NCBI GenBank assembly: GCA_002269645.1
Contig: NIVC01003489.1
Span: forward strand, 1 to 64,000
DNA length: 64,000 nucleotides
Source of the DNA: Macrostomum lignano
Taxonomy: Eukaryota
Direction: 5' to 3'
Under the pieces are notes generated by a model that saw only the letters and a list, made by a program, of their open reading frames with translations, had not been told where the DNA came from and did not search any database. Shown here piece after piece: positions 1 to 11,678 of the stretch; the stretch's first letter is position 1; each line of letters opens with the position of its first letter. The position numbers and the translations under genes were made by a program.

Positions 1-29
1 GAATAATGTGTGAACTATCATCATTTCAG

Positions 30-953
30 ACGCATCAACGTCTGCACTGCCTCAACGATCGGATCAACTGGTTCCACGACCAGCTCGACCAGCGCAACTG
101 GGACTCAATCTCCAGTCACTGTAGCATCGACCACAATGATGCAGAGTGTCACCACGGCTGCCATTTCGTCCGGATTGTCGAACCTGAGCTTCGCCTCAAG
201 CGTACTGCTTTGGTACAACTTCGAAAGGGTTTTATGAACCTGGCGAAACCCGGGCCGTTTCGATGCCTCACCTTTTGGTGTTGCGGATCAGGATGCGCTC
301 AAAGGAGTTCGCCTCAACGGGTCCTCCGGTTCCTATCTCGAGATCATTCGACCAACTTTTTCAAAATTTTAAATCAGGGAAAAGCTTCAGCTTCTTTTTT
401 CAAGGACTTTTGCTAACAACGCCTCGTGAGTTTCTGCGAATTCAATACTAATATAATGTATTCGAAATTTTAACGCGTTATTACTCATTATTAACCACAC
501 AGCGGTTGCATACATTGCAGGCTTCGATGCATCAGTTCGTTAGCAGCTGCTCGCACAACACCACCGTCAGCCACTTCAGCACTGACATCGCTGCCAGGAT
601 TTACTCCAAGACCTACTTTTCCGACGGCTCCGAAGAATTCGCGTCTGTGGGCGCAGAAGCAGCTCTTCGAACAACGGTACTCAGCAAAGCTACTCTATTG
701 GCTGGCCTTTATTGGAGAGGACAATGAGTACCTGGACGAGTGGTACATGAACGGAAGTTTCTACGACACGGAATCACCGAACAAAGACGGCGACAGTCCA
801 GCCGCCAACTCGACCTTCGACTGCCTGCGCATCGGCAACTGCTTCAGCGCCGGCCCTCGGCCCTACAACGGCTGGCTGCAGTGCTGGGGCTTCGTCAACG
901 GCACCCTCGGCCTGTCCGAGTTTAACGGCCTTCGCCACTTGTGCAACTCTTAG
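30..953 (+). CDS. 3' part of a gene: S/T-rich linker followed by a LamG-like (concanavalin A-like) domain; exons ~30-425 and 521-953, several frameshifts
   Basis: S/T-rich run (STIGSTGSTTSSTSATG), then LLWYNFE...FDASPFG...GVRLNGSSGSYLEI. After donor gcctc|gtgagt (425) and acceptor ttgcag| (520): STDIAARI...WYMNGSFY...LRIGNCFSAGPRPYNGWLQCWGFVNGTLGLSEFNGL*. This matches the LamG3 pattern (YxFD, YxNG, LxIG...FxGxIDE) by eye only. Confidence 0.5.
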
Positions 954-982
954 ACTGCGCGCTCTGAATCCACGGCGCAGCC

Positions 983-1056
983 AGAATGGCCAGAACTTTG
1001 TAAGAATGGTCAGAACTTTGTAAGAATGGCCAGAACTTTGTAAGAATGGCCAGAAC
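983..1056. repeat. 20-bp tandem repeat (agaatggccagaactttgta) x~3.7
   Basis: Directly visible. Confidence 0.9.
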
Positions 1057-2597
1057 CTCTATCGCTAAATAGCATAGAATTGTCAACAGGCGTCCAAAGC
1101 GTCTTGAAAATGTAAATCAGTGAGTGAATCCAGTGTTAGGCAAATAGCAAGAATTGTAACAGCTTGGTAGATGCTAGGAAAAAATCTGATAGAAGTGCAG
1201 AGAAAACGTGATGTAGAAATGATGCGGTACTGCTGACAGTTGCTAAGTTTGAGAAGCAGTCTAAGAAGTCCTCCCTTAACTCTTATACAACTGCCTAGCT
1301 GTCTATCCTTGCAGTCTTACTTTCTTTCTATTTCTTGATTTTCTTTTCATCTATCTGCAGTTTTCATTGTTTGCTGAGATAATTGAAGAAACTTTGAAGA
1401 AAACATTTGCTGCTCCAAAATCGATTTCTAAGACTGAGCAAAGTGAAACAAAGGCCTGCAACAGTTATTGCGGCAAACGAAGGCTCCGTTCTGCTTGTCT
1501 GCTTCCCTACAATAGAGCGACTTTTCTCTAGTTGGGAACAATTTTCATCATCAAGGATGCTGAGCTTCCGATCACGGGGCTATAAATTTCAATCGATCGG
1601 TTCTGAAAAAGCTTTCCCAAGTCAAAGTATCCGGAGGCCGTTAAACACACGAGAGACTCCAGGCGGGTCTGTGGCTGTTGAATCCGACATGCACAAAACT
1701 GAAGCAGTGGAGGGAGCTGTTGCAGTAGATCAAAAAGCTTCTTTTCAAAGCCAGCTGTTTTAGTAGTTTTTTTGTTCTGGTCACACTGATTGATTTATTT
1801 ACCAGATTACCCAATCCAGAATTTTTATAATTAACGCCAGTCTATATTTTAGCGCCTCGCATTCTGCCGTTTTGTTATTTTTTCTTATTCTGCAATCGTG
1901 TTGAGTTTCCAACTGTTTTTACGCACAGCGCGATCTAAAAGTCACGCATGCCAGGTTTTTAATTCTGAGTTTGGACAAAAAATGGTGTTGAAAAAACGGA
2001 TCCCTGACTTGACCTGATCCTGATTGACAGCCTTTTAAGCACGCACAGATGTTGTTGGTATTTTTTGCCAAGCTGGTACGTGTTCCTCTTTACAAACCAT
2101 TCATTCTATTTGCTATGCTTTAAATCTGCTCACTTTTCTCGATTTCCTTAGATAGATATAAACATGCGTAATTATGCATATTTGCCTTCTTATCGTCAGC
2201 GAACTATCCTGTTAAGTCTTAATATAATATGCCTATTTTTGTAGCCCAGTCCCTTCTGTCGGCTCTTGAATTTAAAGTAGTGAAAACCAGACATCATATT
2301 CTAAAAAACTCTACCTTAAATTAATTTATACGTGACTGAATCAATTGCGACTAGCGAGCCCTGGCTGTGAAACAAACATGACGTGATGCAAATCGGACTG
2401 CTTCTCAGCAGCAGAATCATGGAGTAAAAATTTCACTTCACAATTTTCCTGCTGATGAGGAACTATTGGCTACAGAATCCATCCCGTAGATCTTCGGGCA
2501 CAGGAAAAAACTGACTGGTATGGTACGGCAGTTTTATATGAGAGTTTCTGTTCCAGATGCTAAGGTCTACATTTCTAGGGGCGCGGCCTGCTGTGCA

Positions 2598-3250
2598 CTC
2601 TGATGTGCCTGATGTGCCTGATGTATGGTCTGATGTGCCTGATGTACCTGATGTGCCTAATGTATGGTCTGATGTGCCTGATGTACCTGATGTGCCTAAT
2701 GTATGGTCTGATGTGCCTGATGTGCCTGATGTGCTTGAGGTGCCTAATGTATGGTCTGATGTGCCTGATGTGCCTAATGTATGTTCTGATGTGCCTGATG
2801 TGCCTGATGTGCTTGAGGTGCCTAATGTATGGTCTGATGTGCCTGAGGTGCCTAATGTATGGTCTGATGTACCTGATGTGCCTGATGTGCTTGAGGTGCC
2901 TAATGTATGGTCTGATGTACCTGATGTGCCTAATGTATGGTCTGATGTGCCTGATGTACCTGATGTGCCTAATGTATGGTCTGATGTGCCTGATGTGCCT
3001 GATGTGCTTGAGGTGCCTAATGTATGGTCTGATGTGCCTGATGTGCCTAATGTATGTTCTGATGTGCCTGATGTGCCTGGTGTGCCTAATGTATGGTCTG
3101 ATGTGCCTGATGTACCTGATGTGCCTAATGTATGGTCTGATGTGCCTGATGGGCCTGATGTGCCTAATGTATGGTCTGATGTACCTGATGTGCCTAATGT
3201 ATGCTCTGATGTGCCTGATGCACGCTCTGATGTGCCTGATGTGCCTTATG
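2598..3250. repeat. Minisatellite of 9-bp subunits (gatgtgcct / aatgtatgg / tct) in 21-39-bp higher-order units
   Basis: Directly visible; explains the spurious DVP/CLM/HIR ORFs. Confidence 0.95.
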
Positions 3251-3264
3251 TGCGCTCTAGTGTT

Positions 3265-3558
3265 GCCTGGTGTGCACTCTGATGGCACAGGCTCGATTCC
3301 AAGTTCTGTCACATTAATCTGGGGGCTAAATCAGAATCTCCGCTTGGGTCTGCTCGTACAATTAATTACAATTAATTGAGGAGCCAAAGCACAGTGAAGT
3401 GAACATGCCTAACGGCCCCTGTACACTCCTGTGTGTCCGCGCGCTTTTGTGCCTGCTCAGGGGAGTCGGCAGAATGGGCTGTAATGCTTCGCCGGTTGTG
3501 TGACAATGTCGCTTGAAGTGCGCCAGGGTGCACACAGCCCCCGGCTCTAATAAAAAAT
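3265..3558 (+). mobile_element. tRNA-derived SINE, copy 1 (B box, body and A-rich tail; head disrupted)
   Basis: Collinear with 14085-14420, from caggctcgattccaag to cagggtgcacaca...ctctaataaaaaat. Confidence 0.7.
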
Positions 3559-4555
3559 CACTTCGTTCACTTCGATTTCCTTCTCAGTATTCTACTAATC
3601 AGTAGTATAGACGTTATATTTTCATTCTTCTTTCCACTTTTCTTCCCTTTTACGATTCTCCATTATTTTCTTGAAACACACCAGGCTAGACTCGTCTTCT
3701 TTGCTAATCTCTGAATCTAGTCGCGCCGGGCGGATCTTGGAAAAGCTCTGGTCCTGGACAAATTGTTGTCTATCTGTTTTAATTTTTTGACTCGCTTAGA
3801 AAATAATTATTCGTTCCATTATGAAAATGGTGCCTGAATTTGAAAATTATGAAAATCTAATTTGTGAATAGTAATTTTATTAATTGCGAGAAGAACGCCT
3901 TCCGCAATATTCTTTTAAGTTGTCTTGTCTACAGGAAAGTACATCAATGCACTTTCGAATGCTACGAGCGTAGCTACTCAATTGAATAAAGATTTCAACT
4001 GGATTCGACCTTCAACCATCAGACTAAAAACAACTGAACTCATTTTCAACAAACGCAGCTATTTCTACTTATAGTAGTTCGTAGCAAAATAGTGCAGTTT
4101 GTATCTACGTGTACTGTTTCGCTATAACTGCTTCATTATTCTGACCATTTGTATAATATACTGTCACCCAAACACCATCACACATGACTTCTTTCCCACA
4201 CGTTTATTATTCATCAACTCTTCCTTACATTGGCCTGAAAAAGGTGGAATAATGGCCACGAATGTGTGGAATATTGGCCTTAAATGTGTGGCATCTGTGC
4301 TGGACAAAATGCAGATAAAATGCACTTGTTTAGCATGCAGCTTGACTGGAAAACTCGGACGCTACGCGCGCTCGTATTTCGGCTCGAGCTCGGCTACATG
4401 CCTGCCATTGGCTGAGCTCTTCTACCCAATCAAATTCTGTTCGCGCATTTAAACCGCTCTCACTCGTAATTTTCTCTCCGTTTCGCTCAAGCCTCTCCAA
4501 ATGAGATCGAAAGCTGCCCCTACAGTTTGCTCAGCTTGTGCTGTCTGAGTTGAAA

Positions 4556-7500
4556 ATGCTCCAGACAATTCTGTTGCTGCTCATGCAGACTGCTGGCAAG
4601 TATGCGGAACAGAGAGACAATGACTGCTCATCTCAGCTCAGCGCAGCCATATTAAATGGCAACATTGAAACCGTGGACAGTTGCCTGGTCAGACATGTCG
4701 ACGTCAACAGGCTCGCGCCATTCAAAGGCAGCTGGCTGGCTCCTGTGCATCTCGCGTGTGCATTCGGACAGAGGGAGATTCTCGATAAGCTAATAAAAGC
4801 AGAAGCCGATGTTGACCTTCAACTCAGCAACGGGATGTCGGCCCTCTTCATCGCGTCTGGTAATGGGCAGGTGGAAGTTGTGGACTTGCTCATCAAGGCT
4901 CAGGCGGATGTGAATCTTCGGGAAGCAAGCGGGCGCTCGGCCCTCAACGTCGCCTCACAAGAGGGCCATTTCCAGGTAGTGGAATCCCTGATCAAAGCGC
5001 ATGCGGACCCCAACTTACAAGACAATGCAGGCTATTCACCTGTTTTTATCGCATTGCATTGCGGGCACCAGAGAGTGGTGAAGTCCCTGCTTAAAGCGAG
5101 TGCGGATCCCAACTTGGGCAGGAAAGATGGTGTCTCATCTTTGCACATCGCATCGCAACTGGGCGCTAAAGATGCGATGCAACTTCTTGTCAAAGCACTC
5201 GTGGATCTTGACATTCAGGAAGCACATGGCTGCACACCTCTTTACTTGGCATCGCAGAGCAACAGCATGGAAGTAGCGAACTGCCTACTGACCGCACAGG
5301 CGGATCCGAATCTCCAGGTCGTTAGTGGAATTTCACCTCTGGCATTCGCAGCTCAGAAAGGCGGCTGTCGGTAATTGAGGCGCTCTTGAAAGGGCGCGCT
5401 AATGTCGACATTCAAGAAGTCTATGGGCGCGCGCCGCTGTACGTTGCCTCCGAAAATGGCCATCACCAAATTGTAGACTTACTCATCAAGTCTCAAGCAA
5501 GCATCGATCTTCAAGAATTGAGGGGTCGGACGCCTCTCTACATTGCAGCAGAAAATGGTCACGAACGGGTGGCAAATTTTCTTATTGAGGCCCAGGCCGA
5601 TGTAAACCTGCAAGAAATTGAAGGGTGCTCGCCTCTCTTCATTGCCTCACAGCAGGGGCATCACCGAGTTGTCAATCTGCTCATTAAGACGCAGGCTGAC
5701 GTCAATTTGCAGGGAATCGGTGGAGGATCGCCTCTCTTCATAGCATCGCAGAATGGTCATTGGGGAGTGGCTGAATCCCTCATAAATCAGAATGCCGACG
5801 TCAACCTGCTAACAGACGAGGGGATATCACCGCTTTATATCGCCGTGCAGAATGGCTACTACAGGATAGCTAAACAACTGATTGAGGCCGATGCCAAAGT
5901 CGATCTTCAAGAGAAGCACGGTCGCTCTGCCCTTCACATTGCAGCATATTCCGGTCAACGCTTAGCGGTAGAGCTGCTCATCAAAGGCCAAGCGGATGTC
6001 AACCTTCGTGAAAGCGACGGATCTTCACCTCTATTTGCGGCAGCATTGCGGGGACACCACAGTGTAGTAAGCGCTCTTATCGAAGCCAAGTCAGAAGTCG
6101 ATTCCGTGCAAAGGGACGGTGCAACTTCGCTCTTTGTTGCCTGTCAAAATGGTTTTATAGAAGTAGCGCGCTCGCTAATCAAAGCTCGGGCTGATGTTAA
6201 TCTCCAGAGAGACAATGGTGCATCGCCACTCTACACTGCCTCCGAAAACGGACATACCGCAATGGTTGAATTGCTGATCATGGCGCAGGCTGATATTAAT
6301 CTTCAAAGGAAAAACTGCATGTCGCCACTGTACATTGCTTCTCAGAATGGAAATTGGCAAGCGGTGGACTTGCTAATCAAAGCGCTCGCTAATGTCGATG
6401 CCGTCAGTGACACTGGGTCTTCACCTATCTTCACCGCTTCTCAAAATGGCCATCATCGAGTAGTGCGCTTACTTATTAAGGCTAATGCAAGTGCTAATCA
6501 ACAACTCCTCAATGGCTGCTCTCCCCTGTACGCTGCATCGGAAAGCGGTCATCGGCAGGTCGTTGGGCTGTTAATTAAGGCTCAAGCCGACGCCAACTTG
6601 CCCAGTAGGAATGGCTGCTCACCTCTTTTCGTGGCTTCGCAGAACGGCCACGAGCAAGTAGTAAAACTGCTCATAGAAGCCGGGGCCGACGTTAATCTTC
6701 AAGACATCGAAGGACGCTCAGCCCTCTTCATTTCCTCACAGCAGGGTCATCATCAAATAGTGGAAAACCTCATCAAAGCAGAAGCTGATCTAAATGCTCA
6801 AGATTTTCAAGGCTGTTCACCCCTATACATCGCATCGCAGCAAGGGCATTCAAAAGTTGCACTTTCGCTGATAAAGGCAAACGCGGACGTGAACCAGCAA
6901 AAGCATGACGGAGTGACGCCACTTCATATCGCATCACAGAACGGTTTCTCTGAAATCGTGGAAGCCCTGCTCGAGGCAAGAGCAGAAGTCGGTCTTTTAT
7001 CTGAATCAGGTCAGTCGGCTCTAACGGCTGCATTTCATGGTGGCCATCGTGCTGTGATGTCTCTACTGATCAAGTCAATGGGAGGCAGGATAGTTCCCAA
7101 TACAGGTAGTGTCGTCTCAAAAACAGGCTCTGCTAATTTCTTTGACGAGTTACTTTCGGGGTGAGTTTATTGCGAGCGTACATAAATTCGCTATAAAAGT
7201 TAAATAGGAATTACAAACACGATTAAAACTTGTTAATTTCCATCTCCTAGCAAACTTTGCTCACTGATAATCCTCTTCATTTTTCAGGTCGGCTCTCGTT
7301 GAATACCGACTGAGCCAGCGGCTCTCTTCTGCTCTGTGTAAGTCAGGATTTGTTGATTCCAGAGCCGCCCTACAGAGTGCAGTCGCCGATGTCTTGCAAG
7401 CAATACTGCAGAATCGGCGGTCGGACAAGTCCTTTGTTGTCGGAAGCTACTCAGAAGGCTGGGGCAACAATCTGAAGACGCTGGATGGCCGGACGGACTC

Positions 7501-9160
7501 GGAGTCCGATATTGACGTGATGAGTCTAATTCCTGGTAGGCTGTACCATCTGAGGGGCATCTGCAGTGCTGATTGTAGCGATGCGAAGGAGCACGTAGAT
7601 TACATTAACGGCCACGTAAAAATACCCGGATATGGTAAATAAGCAAACAATTTGTGTTGAAACCAGCAGTATCTGAGTAAAAAATTTCTGCAGTAGAATT
7701 TCGTTTACATTTTAGCCTCCAGCCCAGCGACCCCCTTTCACGGATCTTCACTCAAGCCAGCCGTGGATCAGGTCGATGCCAGCCGTCTCTGCCGCTACCC
7801 GCCCATCGCTCCTCTTCAGCCTGACAGAGTCATCAAATCCAACATCCCTCAGCACCTACTGGAGTCACTGAGGCAGGAGCTGCTGGCTTCGCCATGCCAC
7901 GTGGTCCATGCTGCTTCTCCAGGTCAAGACGGCGAACAGCTTCGTGTGAGCACCACATTCCTAGAGAAGCGAATGCTCAGAAGTCTCTCCACCCTACAGG
8001 GCCAGCTATTTATCGTACTAAAGTATTTGATTAAGAAGATTATTTCAAATAAATACGGCTTCAACGTGGCCGGATTCAAGTCTTATCATGCCAAAACTAT
8101 CACATTCCGAATGGTGGAGGAAACACCAAGGGAACTGTGGAAGCCAGAAAACCTCTTGAGCCTCGTGAGAAGATCGCTGCACATGCTACTTGACTGTGTG
8201 GAAAGCAGTCATACCCCCGATAATGCTCATGGCCGGGTCATGAACCACTTCTTTCTGTGCAATGCAGACATTTACCTAAAAGGAGTGGAGCAGAAGGGTA
8301 GTGGTGTGAGCGCAGCTTTTGAAAAAGCCGCAGTTACCCTGAAAATTGTGATCGACTACCTGCCCCAGCTGCTGCTTCAGTTCCAAAGCAGTCTGAAGCC
8401 GGCCAGCAACTCCGGCAGGTTCTACTTTCACCCGTTCCTCCTCTTGCCACATTTCTGCATGTCCCAGAGACCCGCGTTGAGTTCTGGCAGCCTTGAATTT
8501 CACGAGATCTACTATGTGGTCAGAGAAGCCATCGAGCGACTTTCTCACGGAGACTGTGGCAAGGAGTCCCAAGAGACTCTCACAGCACTGCTTGCCAGAC
8601 TGCCAGACTGCGCCTTCTCAGCTCGAGAAGCACTCAGAATTGTTGCCAGTCTGAAATTCGGCTACCGAAGCACCGCGAAGAGAATAATTGACAACTGCAG
8701 GGGCCATGTAGTGAGCCGCGGCATCGACTGGTCCACTGAAAGGACCGCAACTGACGCCACCGTTGAGTTCGTGTGGCGACATCTGAAAAGTCGAGACTCA
8801 CTGTGGAGATTTTGCTTTGAATTCAGCCAGCGACCGGCATTAGTAAGAGAATTGTCTGCGGATATCTCAGAGTGCTTTCCCATCAGGATGAGCAACTACG
8901 AGACATATTTCTATGTGAACTTCGACGCTCTGCTGCAGTCGCTTCGCCTGGAGTTGTGTGGAGTTGGTGACGCGGATGCGCTGGACTGGATCCGGGATAT
9001 GGCCCGGCGTGAGGATGCGGATGAGCAGGAGCTGCTATCAGCTGCTCTCTACTCACCGGACTCCGAGCAGGTAGCGTCACTAACACTGAAGCTGAGACAC
9101 CTGGTCGGCCCAGTTCCCGCCTGGTTTCTGGACCGCCTGGCAACCAAATGGCGGCTGTAG
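4556..9160 (+). CDS. Ankyrin-repeat (~25) + Mab-21/cGAS-like nucleotidyltransferase (ANK-cGLR); exons 4556-7160, 7288-7634, 7716-9160; one 1-nt frameshift near 5368
   Basis: 25 GxSPLxxAxxxGH ankyrin motifs counted (8 before and 17 after the frameshift). Splice phases join in frame (gg|g, g|cc). NTase motif VGSYSEGW...SESDIDVM, third acidic position in AVDQVDA, and Mab-21 helical core STTFLEKRML...LKYLIKK...KSYHAKTITF. Confidence 0.9.
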
Positions 9161-10284
9161 AGTTTGTGAAGATGTAGAGAACTGCGGTCTGTCGGCAGCG
9201 CTCTTTTGGTGACGCTCTTGTGATCATACGGTTAACTGATTTCTTCTTTAAAAACACATGTTTTCCTTCAGAAATTCCCTGTTTAAAATGCCAACATTCT
9301 CCTTTAACAACTGAAAACGCCTGTAGAGTTGTAGATGGTAGACATCCTCATCCAAAAAGAACAGTGTACATGTACAGATGCTAATGTGCATATGTGGATA
9401 CTTGTATGGCTATTTTTTCTTTCGCTTCCTATTCCCCAACGCCCCAGCTACAATTTCCCAAATCCTTAGTGTATGTGCACTACAGTACAGTATTTGCACC
9501 AGCGCTTGTAATTGCTTTAAAATCGCGTCATTTTCTAATGACGACTGGAGCATTGCGGCAGTGCGGCCTGAGTTGGAGTAGCTGCTCGCCAATGCGTAAA
9601 CAGGTAGAGTTTTTATGTACATTCATACTGTGCCTTCTGTGAGTATAGTACAGCAAAACGAAAAGCCATGAGCGCTGTTTTGAACCTTATAATTAGAGCA
9701 GCTCACAAGAGTACAGCAAACTCAGTCTAAAGTTATAGAAACATTTGCTGCTATACGTACGCAGCTGGGCAGACTGACGCTCAGGCGGCAGGGTAAGAGC
9801 TGCACTGCATCACCATGATCGATAAGCCATAGGCGTAGGGTGATGGCATGGAGTTGCAGGTACATTTGAGCCCCATGATACCGTGTGCACGGTGCAGCTC
9901 TTTAACTGGTGCATGTACTCAGTGCTTGCTCTTGCTGCAAAGTTAAACACTTGTATACTAGGGTACTGTAGCTATAGCAGAGTGCCGACACTGACTAGTG
10001 GCGAGAAATCCGAAAGTTGCACTATTATGCATGTAGCTGCTGTACGCGAATGCACATGTGTGGCTTCGGGTACATGTAGGTCTCATGTACATGCACTAAT
10101 TTTAATGTCCCTAACCATGTACCTGCAGTTCAGGGAAGCAGCCAGACTGACAAAAAACCGAGAACTCAAACCGCTCCTGGCCTATCGCCATTTCGAATCT
10201 CACTTTTGGACACATTTCAAAGCTTACATACGCAACAGCATGTAATAAAATGTTTCTATCCCTGCGACATGCTTTTGGCGCCAT

Positions 10285-10985
10285 TGTCAGAAACCCTTGA
10301 CATGCACTGGCGCCATGTACTGTCAGAAACTCCTGACATGCTCTGGCACCATTGTCAGCAACCTCTGACATAATCTGGCACCACTGTCAGAAACCTCTGA
10401 CATGCTCTGGCACCATTGTCAGAAACATCTGACATGCTCTGGCACCATTGTCGGAAACCTCTGACATGCTCTGGCACCATTGTCAGAAAGCTCTAACATG
10501 CTCTGGCACCATTGTCAGAAAGCTCTAACATGCTCTGGCACCATTGTCAGAAACATCTGACATGCTCTGGCACCATTGTCGGAAACCTCTGACATGCTCT
10601 GGCACCATTGTCAGAAAGCTCTAACATGCTCTGGCACCATTGTCAGAAACATCTGACATGCTCTGGCACCATTGTCGGAAACCTCTGACATGCTCTGGCA
10701 CCATTGTCAGAAAGCTCTGACATTCTCTGGCACCACTGTCAGAAACATCTGACATGCTCTGGCACCATTGTCGGAAACCTCTGACATGCTCTGGCACCAT
10801 TGTCGGAAACCTCTGACATGCTCTGGCACCATTGTCAGAAACATCTGACATGCTCTGGCACCATTGTCAGAAACCTCTGACATGCTCTGGCACCATTGTC
10901 AGAAACTCCTAACATGCTCTGGCACCATTGTCAGAAAGCTCTGACATGCTCTGGCACCATTGTCAGAAAGCTCTGACATGCTCTG
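10285..10985. repeat. 32-bp minisatellite (gacatgctctggcaccattgtcagaaacctct) x~21
   Basis: Directly visible; each unit contains the inverted repeat TGTCAGA-aacc-TCTGACA. Confidence 0.95.
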
Positions 10986-11678
10986 TCACCATCGTTGGAA
11001 AACCGTTACATGCCTTAATGAAGGAGGCTTCACCCGAAGATAATTATACATTTATGTACCAAAAAACGAATTTGTATTTCATCAAACAGCAAAAATGAAA
11101 AAAACATTTCGCTTCAAACACGAGAGCAGACATTTACAGTCAGAGAAACAAAAATATTCATAGAAGTCAAACAAATAAGAACACAAAAAATATTGTCGAC
11201 GCATCAGCTTCACACCCGCTACTTGCTACTGAAGCCAGTAGTGTAATCGAGACAGAAAAATGGAGAAGCACTCAGTCAGGAGGATATTAGAATTCTGGCT
11301 TTGTGTACAGGCGGCATGGCAGGTTGGGTCCACGCGAACAGTTCAGACCTGCCAAGCTGAATTTTATGTACAGAAATTTTTACTGAGAAACAAGCTAAGG
11401 AGGCATTGATGAGTAAAAAATAAAGATACTGTTTGCTGCTCAGTTAACTGAAAATGTCTAAAAAACGAGTGCACACAATCACACATGCTCCAGCATTTCA
11501 ACGGTATGTACATGCTCAAATATTGGTTGTCAATAGGGCCATTCGGTTGCTAAGGGCGTTAATATTGGTCAAATATTGGTTGCTAGGGGCACCACAAGTT
11601 TTATTGGCTTGCTAAGTATATTAAAGTGTTTATCCGTTGCTAAGGACGCTGTCGAAAGCTTTTTATTGCAAAGGCCGG

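Noticed and set aside
1400-1765. ORF 1407-1763 and its minus-strand frames
   Set aside because: No recognisable motif or consistent splice structure.
5340-5400. Programmed frameshift or micro-intron in the ankyrin array
   Set aside because: No slippery heptamer, and no GT-AG pair that restores the frame; a 1-nt deletion explains it.
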